Assembly: GCA_965237565.1 (NCBI GenBank)
Contig: OZ250145.1
Span: 1,214,568 to 1,278,567 of the forward strand
DNA: 64,000 nt
Direction of reading: 5' to 3'
Source of the DNA: Bdellovibrionales bacterium
GTDB taxonomy: Bacteria > Bdellovibrionota > Bdellovibrionia > Bdellovibrionales > UBA1609
The stretch's first letter is position 1; each line of letters starts with the position of its first letter. A program made the translations under genes and the position numbers. A model generated the notes under the pieces. It was not told the DNA's origin, ran no database searches, and saw nothing but the letters and a program-made list of their open reading frames with translations. Of this stretch, positions 44,281 through 54,618 are shown one piece after another.

Positions 44281-47142
44281 GTGAATCTGGATCAAAAAGC
44301 GGGTTTTGTTTATCGACACATTGGTCCAAGAGATCATGAAATTCAGGATATGCTAAACAGCCTAGACTGTAGCAGTCTGGATGATTTGGTAAAACAGTCT
44401 GCTCCCAAAGAAATCATCAGCCAAAACAAGCTGAACCTTCCTCCTAGCCTAACGGAAGTGAAGTGCTTAGAAGAAATAAACAAATATGCCGAACAAAATA
44501 AAATTTTCACATCCTACATAGGGAATGGATACTATGACACTGATCTACCCCCTGTGATCCAAAGAAATATTTTAGAAAACCCATCTTGGCTCACTCCCTA
44601 CACTCCTTATCAATCCGAAATTTCTCAGGGCCGTTTGCAAGCCCTGCTGAACTTTCAAACCATGATTACGGAAATGACGGAAATGGAAATAGCCAATGCC
44701 TCCTTGCTAGATGAAGCAACAGCCTGTGCAGAAGCTGTCACCATGGCTTATAGGTACCAAGAAAATTTGGAAGCTAAGCACATCTTTGTGGACCAATTGA
44801 TTTTTCCTCAAACACTTTCCGTACTCAGAACAAGAACGAGGTCCATGGGTATAAAAATTGTCCTCGGCTCTGCAAAAGATTTCACTTTTGATCCAAAAAA
44901 ATTCTTTGGCATTGTGATTCAATATCCCTCTTCCAACGGCCAAGTGGAAAACTGGCAGACCCTTTGTGAGAAAGCACGAGAAAAAAAAATCATGAGCTTA
45001 TTCAGTGCAGATTTATTGAGCCTTTGTCTATTGAAAACACCTGGCGAGATGGGAGCTGACATTGTCACGGGTTCTTGCCAAAGAATGGGACTGCCCATGC
45101 TTTGCGGAGGACCCCACGCTGGCTACCTAGCTACTAGGGAAAAATATGTTCGCCTTGTACCCGGACGCATTGTCGGAGTGTCGAAAGATCGGCATGAACA
45201 AAAAGCTTTGCGCTTGGCTTTGCAAACCAGAGAACAACACATTCGACGAGAAAGAGCTACTAGCAACATTTGCACCGCTCAAGCACTGCCGGCTGTATTG
45301 TCCAGTATGTATGCCATTTATCACGGAGCAAAGGGGCTTAAAAACATAGCCCTATCCATTCATTGTCTCGCTCTCAGCCTCGCTGAATCACTAAAAAAAA
45401 TGAATTTTAAAATAAAAACAAAAGATATTTTTGATACGGTTCAAATAGAATTGTCGAAGGAAAAATGCAATGAGATTTACCAAAGACTCCTTCAAAATAA
45501 AATCAATGCTTACCTTGTGAATCCACAACTTTTGTCTTTTTCCATCAACGAAACAACCCACTTAGAAGATATCAAAAAACTTTTAACTATTTTGAATCCT
45601 GAAAAAGCAGATTTGATTGAAATCAAAGAAAGCAAGCTACCTGCCATTTACCAAAGAAAATCAGCCTGCCTAAAACATCCCGTCTTCCAAAACTATCACT
45701 CTGAAACAAAGTTCCTTCGCTACATTCATAAGTTGCAAAATGAAGACCTCTCCTTGACCCATTCCATGATTCCCCTAGGCTCTTGTACGATGAAACTCAA
45801 CGGCACAACAGAACTCTTACCAGTCACTTGGCCAAAATTTTCAAAAATTCATCCCTTTGCTCCTCTGGAACAAAGAGCAGGTTATACAAAAATCATTAAT
45901 GAATTAGAAAAAGCTCTATGTGAAATCACTGGATTTGGTGCTGTTTCCTTTCAAGCCAATGCAGGCTCCCAAGGAGAATATGCCGGCCTTCTGGTGATTC
46001 GCCAGTATCATGAACAAAGAGGGGAAAAAGAAAGAAAAATTTGCCTCATCCCTTCCTCCGCCCATGGCACCAATCCAGCAAGTGCTACGATGGCTGGATT
46101 AAAAACAGTGATTATCTCTTGTGATAAGAAAGGAAACATCTCACACAAAGATTTAAAAGAAAAAATTGCCCTTCACAAAAATCATTTAGCTGGTTTGATG
46201 ATTACCTATCCTTCCACCTTTGGTGTTTTTGAAAGACATATCCCCCAAATATGCGAGTGGGTACATGAAGCAGGGGGCTTGGTGTATTTGGATGGAGCGA
46301 ATATGAATGCCCTAGTTGGCATCAGCCGACCTGCTGAGTGGGGAGCGGATCTTTGTCATCTCAATTTGCACAAAACCTTTTGCATTCCTCATGGAGGAGG
46401 AGGCCCCGGAGTTGGCCCTCTCGTTGTAAAGAAAAAGCTGAAAGATTTTCTTCCCTCCCATCATTTCTCATCTGAGCCCTCTAAAGAACTAGCCATTTCC
46501 CCCATCAGCTCAGCCCCTTGGGGAAGTGCAGGGATTTTGATGATCCCCTTGGCCTATATCAAATTGCTGGGAGCAGAGGGCCTAAAAAAAGCCACACAAG
46601 TGGCCCTTTTGAATGCCAACTACATTGCACAAAAACTGAAGGGAAATTATAAAATTCTCTATACGGGAGAAAATGAGCGAGTGGCTCATGAATGCATCGT
46701 GGACCTTAGAAAATTCAAACACAGTGTGGAAATCACTGTAGATGATGTGGCCAAAAGACTCATTGACTATGGCTTTCACGCACCCACTATGAATTGGCCC
46801 ATACCCGGCACGCTCATGATCGAACCCACAGAAAGCGAAGACCAAGAAGAACTACTTCGCTTTGTTTCCGCTTTGATTGAAATACGAAAAGAGATCAAAG
46901 AAATTGAAAAGGGAGTGTATGATAAAAAACACAATGTTCTAAAAAACGCCCCCCACACTCTGGCAGATAGCTTACATGAAAAGTGGTCCTTTCCCTATTC
47001 CAAGCAAAAGGCTTTCCATCCACTACCATGGGTAAAAGATCATAAATTTTGGCCAAGCGTCTCAAGAGTGGAAAATGCCTTTGGAGATATCAATCTCTCT
47101 TGCTCCTGCCCTCCCATCGAACTGGAAACACCCTTACTCTAG
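44281..47142 (+). CDS. gcvP: Glycine dehydrogenase (decarboxylating), single-chain P protein
   Basis: 953 aa. The PLP-Lys region is NLHKTFCIPHGGGGPG. Typical N-terminal FVYRHIGP. GTG start. Confidence 0.95.
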   Translation: MNLDQKAGFVYRHIGPRDHEIQDMLNSLDCSSLDDLVKQSAPKEIISQNKLNLPPSLTEVKCLEEINKYAEQNKIFTSYIGNGYYDTDLPPVIQRNILENPSWLTPYTPYQSEISQGRLQALLNFQTMITEMTEMEIANASLLDEATACAEAVTMAYRYQENLEAKHIFVDQLIFPQTLSVLRTRTRSMGIKIVLGSAKDFTFDPKKFFGIVIQYPSSNGQVENWQTLCEKAREKKIMSLFSADLLSLCLLKTPGEMGADIVTGSCQRMGLPMLCGGPHAGYLATREKYVRLVPGRIVGVSKDRHEQKALRLALQTREQHIRRERATSNICTAQALPAVLSSMYAIYHGAKGLKNIALSIHCLALSLAESLKKMNFKIKTKDIFDTVQIELSKEKCNEIYQRLLQNKINAYLVNPQLLSFSINETTHLEDIKKLLTILNPEKADLIEIKESKLPAIYQRKSACLKHPVFQNYHSETKFLRYIHKLQNEDLSLTHSMIPLGSCTMKLNGTTELLPVTWPKFSKIHPFAPLEQRAGYTKIINELEKALCEITGFGAVSFQANAGSQGEYAGLLVIRQYHEQRGEKERKICLIPSSAHGTNPASATMAGLKTVIISCDKKGNISHKDLKEKIALHKNHLAGLMITYPSTFGVFERHIPQICEWVHEAGGLVYLDGANMNALVGISRPAEWGADLCHLNLHKTFCIPHGGGGPGVGPLVVKKKLKDFLPSHHFSSEPSKELAISPISSAPWGSAGILMIPLAYIKLLGAEGLKKATQVALLNANYIAQKLKGNYKILYTGENERVAHECIVDLRKFKHSVEITVDDVAKRLIDYGFHAPTMNWPIPGTLMIEPTESEDQEELLRFVSALIEIRKEIKEIEKGVYDKKHNVLKNAPHTLADSLHEKWSFPYSKQKAFHPLPWVKDHKFWPSVSRVENAFGDINLSCSCPPIELETPLL

Positions 47143-48633
47143 CATTTCAAGTATCGACTGAAACTCGTTAGACTCACTGGGTGTAGGCTCTCTGGGGACA
47201 AACATTTTTCCCTCTTTTACAAGAAAAATATTGCCTTTGTAATCCACTTTTTCATCCATGAAGTTCACCTCTCTTCCCCTCATAAGGATTTTTGCCGGAT
47301 CTCTTCTTTCCTTGGAGATCGAAGCAGTCTTTTTCACTTTTTCAAGATTCATTATCTCCTTTGTCGATGCAATCTCTTTATCAATTTTTGGAGCAGGATC
47401 CGCAACAAAGAAAAGCTTACCCTCTCTGAAAATAAAAATTTTTCCTTTGTAATCAACAAATTGATCAATGAAATTCACCTTGCTTCCCCTCGTAGCTATG
47501 GCTTTGTAAATATTCAAACTCTTTGATTGATTGGTTTTCCCTTTTAAAGAATCTCGAAAATCCCCTGTCATTTTTAATTGCTGTATAATAAAATGAGCTT
47601 TTTTGTTTTTATAGTAATCCGCCACCAAAACCGCTGCTCCCGTGGCAAAAGCCGTTGACTGAGAAGTCCCCTTCATGTGTCCGTATTTCCCGCCCGGCAG
47701 AGTAGAAAGAATATCCACGCTTCCAGGGGCGGCCTGCCCTACATACTTTTTCCCTTTGCTCGCCCACCCACCCTCAAACTCTTTCTTTTTATTCACCGCT
47801 GTAACAGCAAGAATATTCTTGAGATCATAACTAGCTGGATAATATTTTTTCTTATCCACATTAGAACCCTGATTGCCGGCAGCTACCACAACCAAAATCC
47901 CTTTTCTCTCAGCTTCCTTTAGAACCCTTTTTTCCTTCTCGCTTGACCCCGGACCGCCACCCGAATAATTGATAATGTCTGCACCATTTTTGATGGCATA
48001 TCGAATGGCCTCAATCGTATTTTCCAAATTGTATTCTCCGTCGTATTGTGCACCGTAATATTTTAGAATCATAAGGCTCACTTTGGGAGCCACTCCGCTT
48101 ATGCCGATCCCATTGTTTCCAACGGCTCCGATAATGCCCGCAATGTGAGTTCCATGTCCATGGATATCTCGAATATCCTTGTTCCCCCATTTGCATCCTA
48201 TTTTATTCGTACTTTTTTTATCTTTGTTTGTTTGATCGGAAAAATTCCAGCCGTGTATATCATCTATACAGCCGTTGCCATCATCGTCTTTTCCATTCCC
48301 TGCAATCTCCCCCAAATTTGTCCAGATATTCTCCTTTAAATCAGGGTGTTCAACATCTGCTCCCGTATCAATGACAGCCACCACCACATCTTTGCTTCCT
48401 TTTGAAAAATTCAGCCAAACATCCCCTGCTTTTACTTGTTTTAAACCCCATTTTTCCCATATACGAGGGTCTTTCATAATTGTCTCTAATTCTTTGGTCG
48501 GTGAGTCTTGCACCTCTGCCTCTCCAAAAGACGATTCCCGCTTTTGCTCCTGAAATAAGCGAAACTGAAAAATGGCAAAAATTAGAAAAAATAAAAAGAA
48601 GCTCCCTAAAATGATGCGAATAAAAATAGTCAT
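47134..48633 (-). CDS. Secreted subtilisin-like serine protease (peptidase S8) with duplicated C-terminal module
   Basis: N-terminal TM/signal segment. Catalytic triad motifs VIDTGAD, HGHGTHIAG and GTSQSTAF. The C-terminal 34-aa module occurs twice (aa 382-415 and 452-485). Confidence 0.88.
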   Translation of the reverse strand: MTIFIRIILGSFFLFFLIFAIFQFRLFQEQKRESSFGEAEVQDSPTKELETIMKDPRIWEKWGLKQVKAGDVWLNFSKGSKDVVVAVIDTGADVEHPDLKENIWTNLGEIAGNGKDDDGNGCIDDIHGWNFSDQTNKDKKSTNKIGCKWGNKDIRDIHGHGTHIAGIIGAVGNNGIGISGVAPKVSLMILKYYGAQYDGEYNLENTIEAIRYAIKNGADIINYSGGGPGSSEKEKRVLKEAERKGILVVVAAGNQGSNVDKKKYYPASYDLKNILAVTAVNKKKEFEGGWASKGKKYVGQAAPGSVDILSTLPGGKYGHMKGTSQSTAFATGAAVLVADYYKNKKAHFIIQQLKMTGDFRDSLKGKTNQSKSLNIYKAIATRGSKVNFIDQFVDYKGKIFIFREGKLFFVADPAPKIDKEIASTKEIMNLEKVKKTASISKERRDPAKILMRGREVNFMDEKVDYKGNIFLVKEGKMFVPREPTPSESNEFQSILEMLE

Positions 48634-48825
48634 GTGAATTTTTCCTCGAATTCACTTTTCGGCTGATCAAAAGGCGTACTTAAAGCCATGATTGACTTTT
48701 CGGAACTTATTGAGCTTTTCCGGCTTTTTTATATTTTATCTCTCATTAGCATTGACCGACAGACGGCTTTCCTTTAGCTTGGTGTGAAAGAGGAATTTTT
48801 TCAGTCCTTTGTGGAAATTTTAAAA

Positions 48826-49131
48826 ATGTCGAATCTACTGGGAAATCAACAACTAAATACTTATGAGGTTCAAATTGGAGGTTGTTCGCTCAAACTGAAA
48901 TCTAGTCATAGCTCAGCAACTGTTGATAGAATTGTGGAAGTCGCCAAAAAGCAATTCCATTCTTCAAAACAGAAAAACCCTTCCTTACCATTGCAAAAAA
49001 CTCTTACTTTGAGTTGCTTGAATATGGCCGAGGAATTGGTTTGCTTAAAAAAAAATCTTTCGCAGAAATTAGACAAATTAGAATCTTCCGCCCAAATGAT
49101 TGCTTCTGAACTGAAGTCTTCCTCTCTGTAA
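48826..49131 (+). CDS. zapA: Cell division protein ZapA
   Basis: Collinear by hand with E. coli ZapA (YEVQIGGCSLKLKS... versus VDIQIFGRSLRVNC...). Synteny with the 5-FTHF cyclo-ligase gene. Start moved to the ATG at 48826. Confidence 0.7.
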   Translation: MSNLLGNQQLNTYEVQIGGCSLKLKSSHSSATVDRIVEVAKKQFHSSKQKNPSLPLQKTLTLSCLNMAEELVCLKKNLSQKLDKLESSAQMIASELKSSSL

Positions 49132-49191
49132 AAAAAATCGGAGTGACAGTTTCTTATCTGTTGCTTCCTTCACAGATGGAGGACCAGGGCT

Positions 49192-49797
49192 TTGTCGGGC
49201 TGGAGCAAAAACAAGCAACGTGTATTTTTCAAGAAAAAAATCAATGACATTGTAAAAGTTGCTGATTTTATTGAACTTTCCAAGAAGTTAGAATCTCAAC
49301 TCTCTGCCCTAAACCTATGGAAAAAAAATCCCGCACCAGCAGTGGCCTCCTATCGTGCCCTAAGCTCGGAACTCTCTCCTCATTTTTTTGAAGAAAGGCA
49401 AAACCACTGTCACTTTGTTTTCCCTAGAACCAATAAAAATTTGACAGATATGGAGTTTGTTTCCCCTCAGCCCAATACAAACTGGAAAAAAACTTCCCTA
49501 GGAATTTTAGAAGCCACTCAGGCTACTCCCTTTCCCACCGAGGACATTCAAATATTTTTGGTTCCAGGTCTCGTCTTTGACCGAAGAGGACGTAGATTGG
49601 GCAGAGGCCTAGGACTTTATGATCGTGTCCTAGCCAAAGCCTCTGGCATAAAAATTGGTGTCACCCTTTCCCAGCAAATTTGCAACGAAAACCTCACAGA
49701 AGAAACACATGACATCCCAATGGACGCCCTAGCAACCGAAAATTTTACTCTAATTTTCACTACTCAACATTCACCTCTTTTCAATGGAGCTCATTAA
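49192..49797 (+). CDS. 5-formyltetrahydrofolate cyclo-ligase
   Basis: VPGLVFDRRGRRLGRGLGLYDR motif and C-terminal HDIPMD. TTG start per the ORF track. Confidence 0.8.
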   Translation: MSGWSKNKQRVFFKKKINDIVKVADFIELSKKLESQLSALNLWKKNPAPAVASYRALSSELSPHFFEERQNHCHFVFPRTNKNLTDMEFVSPQPNTNWKKTSLGILEATQATPFPTEDIQIFLVPGLVFDRRGRRLGRGLGLYDRVLAKASGIKIGVTLSQQICNENLTEETHDIPMDALATENFTLIFTTQHSPLFNGAH

Positions 49798-49800
49798 AAA

Positions 49801-51378
49801 ATGGATCAATTGTTTTGGATTCTTGTTAGTTCCCTATCCGGCTTTATAATAGCTTGCACTGTTTTTTTGTTTTATTTCAAAATTTCTCAGAGACGTAGAA
49901 AAAAAGATTTGAGAAAAGAAATGAATCTCATCATCAACCAAGCCAAATCGCAAGCCATGCGAATTGAGAAAAATATGCATGCCAAGTCTAGAGATTTTGA
50001 ACGTAAAACCAGACACAAACTGGAAAGCGAAATCAAAAAAGAGAAACAGCAATTGGAGAACGCCAAATACCAATTGGAAAATCAAAAAAACAAAGTAGAA
50101 TCCGAATGGAAAAGAAAAGCAGCAGAGATGGAAGATAAAATCAAAGGATTGGATCGTGAAAAAGAGCGAATGATCACTATGGAACAACAATTGGAAAAGA
50201 TGACAAAAAAAACAAGTACAAAAATGGAAGATCTCAACAATCTTCTAGAGAGAACAGCAAGCATGACTCGTGAGCAAGCTCGAAATGAAATAAAAAACAC
50301 ATTGGAAGAAGAGATGAAAAAGCAGATGATCCCTCAACTCATAAAAGTTGAAGAGGAAATGAAAACCGAATCTGAAAAAAGAGCCAAACAAATCCTGTCA
50401 AAGGCTATTGCCCGCTTTGCCTCTGAAGTTTCCACAGAAAGAACGATTTCCTCAATGCCCATTCAAGGAGAAGAAACCAAAGGAAAAATCATTGGTCGTG
50501 AAGGAAGAAACATTCGCGCCCTAGAAGCTGCCTGTGGTGTGGACATTATTATTGATGAAAGCCAAGAAACCATTATCATCTCTTGTTTTGATTCTCTGAG
50601 AAGAGAAGTGGCTCTTCAATCCATTCACAGATTACTAGAAGAAGGCCGAGTCCATCCAGCTCGTATTGAAGAAGTTGTTGGAAAAATCAAAAGAGATATT
50701 TTTTTATCCCTTGCAGAACAAGCCAAACAAGTTTGCTTTGAACTAGGTATTCACAATGTCAAACCCACTTTGATTGAAAGTCTGAGTTTTCTCAAATATC
50801 GTTTTGTGTCAGGGCAAAACATGTTAAAAGCTAGCAAAGAAATAGCCTATTTGGCTGGACTGATTGCCTCTGAAATAGGCGTAGATGATAAACAAGCCAA
50901 GAGGGCCGGATTGCTTCATGCCATCGGCTTGAGCGTGGATCACCACATTGAAGGAAGCTACTCACTGGTTGGCTCTGAATATGCGAAAAAAAATGGAGAA
51001 TCAGAAGCCATCTGCCAAGCTATCCGTTGTCACAACGAAGAACTGCCCGCCCAATCCACTTTGGACCACATCCTTCAATCAGCCTATAGCCTTTTCCATG
51101 AACGCCCGGGGGCTCAACAAAAAGTAATAGAAAATTATATCAACCGACTCAAAGACATGGAATCCATTGCCAATAGCTTTGACGGAGTCATTAGAAGCTT
51201 TGCCATCCAAGCTGGAAAAGAAATACGAGTGCTAGTGGATAGCGGAAAAGTCACAGATGAACAAGCTTTTATGCTGAGTCGAGACATTGCTAGAAAAATT
51301 AACAAAGAAATAGAAGCGAGCGGACAACTGACCGTGAGTGTACTTAGAGAATGCAGAATGGTTGAACAAGCAAGATAA
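49801..51378 (+). CDS. rny: Ribonuclease Y
   Basis: N-terminal TM, a coiled coil, KH (GKIIGREGRNIRALE), and HD domain (LLHAIG...). 525 aa. Confidence 0.92.
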   Translation: MDQLFWILVSSLSGFIIACTVFLFYFKISQRRRKKDLRKEMNLIINQAKSQAMRIEKNMHAKSRDFERKTRHKLESEIKKEKQQLENAKYQLENQKNKVESEWKRKAAEMEDKIKGLDREKERMITMEQQLEKMTKKTSTKMEDLNNLLERTASMTREQARNEIKNTLEEEMKKQMIPQLIKVEEEMKTESEKRAKQILSKAIARFASEVSTERTISSMPIQGEETKGKIIGREGRNIRALEAACGVDIIIDESQETIIISCFDSLRREVALQSIHRLLEEGRVHPARIEEVVGKIKRDIFLSLAEQAKQVCFELGIHNVKPTLIESLSFLKYRFVSGQNMLKASKEIAYLAGLIASEIGVDDKQAKRAGLLHAIGLSVDHHIEGSYSLVGSEYAKKNGESEAICQAIRCHNEELPAQSTLDHILQSAYSLFHERPGAQQKVIENYINRLKDMESIANSFDGVIRSFAIQAGKEIRVLVDSGKVTDEQAFMLSRDIARKINKEIEASGQLTVSVLRECRMVEQAR

Positions 51379-51423
51379 TTTGAAATGCAAATGCTCGCAT
51401 CAAAAAAAAATGGATTTTTACAT

Positions 51424-52650
51424 ATGAACTTTATTGCTCCTGAAAAACAGTTAAGTCAAATAAAATGTCAAGCCGTTGATTTGGTCTCAGAAGAAGAGTT
51501 GTTAAAAAAACTAAAAAAAAGTTTCCAAACAAAAAAACCCCTGCGGATCAAAGCAGGATTTGATCCCTCCCGTCCAGATTTACATCTAGGACACGCCGTT
51601 TTGCTCAACAAATTGAAATTGTTCCAAGATTTACACCACCAAGTTGTCTTCCTCATCGGAGACTTTACAGCCCAAATCGGCGATCCTTCCGGCATGGACC
51701 AAACTCGCCCCATTTTAAATAAAGAAGAAGTGAAACAAAATTCTAACACCTACTTGAAACAAGTTTTCAAAATTCTAGACAAAAATAAAACGGAAGTGCG
51801 ATTCAACTCTTCTTGGATGGACAAAATATCGCCTGCAGATATGATCCATCTAATCAGCCAATACACTCTTGCTCGCATGTTAGAAAGAGAAGACTTCTCT
51901 AAAAGATTTGCAAACAAAAAATCCATCTGCCTACATGAATTTTTGTACCCTCTTTTGCAAGGCTATGACTCTGTCGTCCTGAAAGCAGACATAGAGCTAG
52001 GGGGAACAGACCAACTGTTCAATCTTTTGGTGGGACGAGAATTGCAAAAAAAATACAAGCAAGAATCTCAATGCATTCTAACTATGCCAGTTTTGGAGGG
52101 CCTAGACGGTGTAAAAAAAATGTCCAAAAGTTATGATAATTTTATTGCGCTAGAAGATAGCCCTAGAGAAATGTTCGGAAAAACAATGAAAATCAGCGAT
52201 AAACTCATGCTTCGCTACTATGAACTGCTCACAGATAAAACAGAAAAACAAATCTCTGAATTAAAACAAAATCTCCAAACGAAAAAAATTCACCCAAAGA
52301 AAATCAAAATGGAATTGGCTAGCTTTTTTGTGGAAAAATTTCACAGCCCCTCTCTAGCAAAAAAAGCAGAAAAAGAATTTCAAAATATCTTCTCTGAAGG
52401 AGGAATTCCCTCGGATATGGAGGAATTTGTTTGCTCTTCATCCAAACCCATATGGATCTGTCGCCTCATTCATGAAGCAGGTCTTTGCTCATCGACCAGC
52501 GAAGCTCGCCGGCTAATCAAAAGCTCTGCCGTCAGTTTGGATGGAAAAAAAATCAAAGATATTGATTCGCAAATTCAATTGAAAGAAAAAGAAAATCCAA
52601 TCCTAAAAGTTGGCAAAAGACGATTTATAAAAATAAAGGTGGTAAAATGA
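51424..52650 (+). CDS. tyrS: Tyrosine--tRNA ligase (type 2, with S4-like C-terminal domain)
   Basis: HIGH-type [13 protein letters not shown] (KKMSKS), and a C-terminal S4-like [16 protein letters not shown]. The start is uncertain (51385, 51391 or 51424). Confidence 0.92.
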   Translation: MNFIAPEKQLSQIKCQAVDLVSEEELLKKLKKSFQTKKPLRIKAGFDPSRPDLHLGHAVLLNKLKLFQDLHHQVVFLIGDFTAQIGDPSGMDQTRPILNKEEVKQNSNTYLKQVFKILDKNKTEVRFNSSWMDKISPADMIHLISQYTLARMLEREDFSKRFANKKSICLHEFLYPLLQGYDSVVLKADIELGGTDQLFNLLVGRELQKKYKQESQCILTMPVLEGLDGVKKMSKSYDNFIALEDSPREMFGKTMKISDKLMLRYYELLTDKTEKQISELKQNLQTKKIHPKKIKMELASFFVEKFHSPSLAKKAEKEFQNIFSEGGIPSDMEEFVCSSSKPIWICRLIHEAGLCSSTSEARRLIKSSAVSLDGKKIKDIDSQIQLKEKENPILKVGKRRFIKIKVVK

Positions 52651-53255
52651 AAATTACATTCCTCCCGCAAAATATATCAACCGAGATCACATCTGGAAAA
52701 AGTGTGATGGATATTGCTCGTGAAAAGAAACTGCCCGTTAGCTCCTCTTGCAATGGTATGTGTACCTGTGCAGAATGCCGTATTTATGTCGTAAAAGGAG
52801 AAGCTCACATCCTACCCCCCTCGACAAAAGAAATGGAATTGATCGGAGGAGGCTATTATATCGACAATCGCAGGCTCGCTTGCCAACTCTTTTGCTTTGG
52901 AGATGTTACAGTGGATCTGTCTGAACAAGTGGAAAGAGCAAAACAAAAAACAGGCATTACAAAACAATTTTTGAAAAGATTGCAAAAAACAAACCCGCAA
53001 GAGTCTTCTTCAGTGAGTGGAATTTTGATCGAACAAGACCAAGCTATTAAGAATATTAAACCCTCTGAAGTAGAACATTTTGAAAAAAAATTCCAAGATC
53101 TAGACCCTTTTTACCAAGTAAAAAAAGAAAACTTCTTCCAGCAAAAAAGATCATCAGACCAAGAAAAAAAATCATCCAATTTTCGCGATGAACAATGGAA
53201 AAGCCGAAACAAAAAAAGAAGAAATAATAGAAAAAGGAAAAACAAAAAATATTAA
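52647..53255 (+). CDS. Adrenodoxin/putidaredoxin-type [2Fe-2S] ferredoxin domain protein with long polybasic tail
   Basis: C-x5-C-x2-C ([10 protein letters not shown]) followed by RRLACQ. The ~100-aa C-terminal extension ends [18 protein letters not shown] overlap with the tyrS stop. Confidence 0.7.
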   Translation: MKITFLPQNISTEITSGKSVMDIAREKKLPVSSSCNGMCTCAECRIYVVKGEAHILPPSTKEMELIGGGYYIDNRRLACQLFCFGDVTVDLSEQVERAKQKTGITKQFLKRLQKTNPQESSSVSGILIEQDQAIKNIKPSEVEHFEKKFQDLDPFYQVKKENFFQQKRSSDQEKKSSNFRDEQWKSRNKKRRNNRKRKNKKY

Positions 53256-54442
53256 ATGCGGTGTTTTTCCAACTCCTTGGCGATGTTTTTTTCCAGAGCC
53301 TCATTGGTGCCTCCGCCAATTTCTAATAGCTTCGCATCTCGCCAAAATCTCTCTACCTTGTACTCTCCCACATAACCATAGCCTCCCAAAACTTGAATCG
53401 CCCGGTCAGCCACCTTTTTTGCCATCTGAGCAGAAAGCAACTTCACAGCATCACAGTCAAGCCTCTGATTCACTTCATTCAAACGTATTTCCCTAGCTAC
53501 CTTGTACACGTAGCTCCGACAAGCCATGAATTCTGCATAACTCTCAGATAAATATTTTTGAATCTGGCCAAAATGACGAATTGTCTTTTTAAAAGCCATT
53601 CTTTCACTAGCGTATTTATTCATCTCAGCGAGACATCTCTTAGCAATACCCAAAGCCATAGCCGCCAAACTAAGCCTCTCAATTTCCAAATTTCTCATCA
53701 TTTGAGTGAGTCCTCCCTCCCCTTTCACTCCCAATTTATTTTTCTCAGAAATCAAACACTCATTAAAAACCAATTCAGCCGTATTCGAGCTTCTCATTCC
53801 TGTTTTGTACTTGATTTTTTGTCCTACCGCATAGCCCTTACACCCCTTCTCCACTATGAAGGCAAAGATTTTTCCTTCTTCTGATTTTGCATATACCAAA
53901 AGACAATCTGCAGGAGTTTTGTCCTCATCCAACGTGCCATTTGTGATCCACATTTTTCTGCCATTTAATACAAAAGCATCTTTTTTTCTCTCAAAGGATG
54001 TCCTCATAGCCAAAACATCCGTTCCCGCTTCTGCCTCAGACATAGCCATTGCTCCAACCCATTCCCCTGAACAAAGCTTGGGAAGCCACCTTTTTTTCTG
54101 CTCCGCTATGGCGTTTTGTGCAATATTGTGAGTACACAACATAGAGTGAGCCAAATAAGCCAAACACAGACCAGGGTCAGAGCTACTGAGCTCCTCATGA
54201 GCAATGACAACAGTTACGGCATCCATTCCCGAACCCCCATACTCCGGATCTACCGTGATACCCAGTAAACCCAAAGGACCCATTTTTTTGAACAATGCTA
54301 AGTTGAATTTCTCTTTGCGATCATGAAAAGAAGCCTGTTTTTCCACCTCTTCTTTCACGAAAGAAAGCATAGTCTGGCGAAAAATTACATGCTCCTCCGC
54401 AGGATGAAAAAGATCAAACTTTCGTGGGCCATTTGTCTCCAT
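53252..54442 (-). CDS. Acyl-CoA dehydrogenase (isovaleryl-CoA dehydrogenase-like)
   Basis: ACAD N, M and C domains: EYGGSGMD, MSEAEAGTD, QVLGGYGYVGEY and LEIGGGTNE. Confidence 0.9.
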   Translation of the reverse strand: METNGPRKFDLFHPAEEHVIFRQTMLSFVKEEVEKQASFHDRKEKFNLALFKKMGPLGLLGITVDPEYGGSGMDAVTVVIAHEELSSSDPGLCLAYLAHSMLCTHNIAQNAIAEQKKRWLPKLCSGEWVGAMAMSEAEAGTDVLAMRTSFERKKDAFVLNGRKMWITNGTLDEDKTPADCLLVYAKSEEGKIFAFIVEKGCKGYAVGQKIKYKTGMRSSNTAELVFNECLISEKNKLGVKGEGGLTQMMRNLEIERLSLAAMALGIAKRCLAEMNKYASERMAFKKTIRHFGQIQKYLSESYAEFMACRSYVYKVAREIRLNEVNQRLDCDAVKLLSAQMAKKVADRAIQVLGGYGYVGEYKVERFWRDAKLLEIGGGTNEALEKNIAKELEKHRI

Positions 54443-54618
54443 TACCCCTCCGTTCTATCATAAATAAATAAAAGTTGCCCAAAACCAGCCCCTCGTGCTA
54501 CGCTAAGTAAGAGGAGCTATCGAGTCAAGTTTCATTCCAGTAAACAAAAAAAGCTCATTGCAAAGGCGAAAGAATCACCTACCTGCTCCACCCAGTGATT
54601 GAACAAAGGATGTAAAAA

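Noticed and set aside
49132-49191. 6S RNA (ssrS) expected between zapA and the 5-formyltetrahydrofolate cyclo-ligase gene, as in E. coli
   Set aside because: The gap is only ~60 nt, while 6S RNA is ~180 nt. The cyclo-ligase N-terminus (KNKQRVFFKKKINDI...LSKKLESQLSAL) looks genuine, so the gene cannot be shortened to make room. Only a 6-bp hairpin (ATCTGT-N10-ACAGAT) is present. An Infernal scan with the Rfam 6S model would settle it.
51379-51423. T-box leader upstream of tyrS
   Set aside because: There are only 6-45 nt between rny and tyrS, depending on the start chosen. That is far too short for a ~200-nt T-box, and no T-box consensus is seen.
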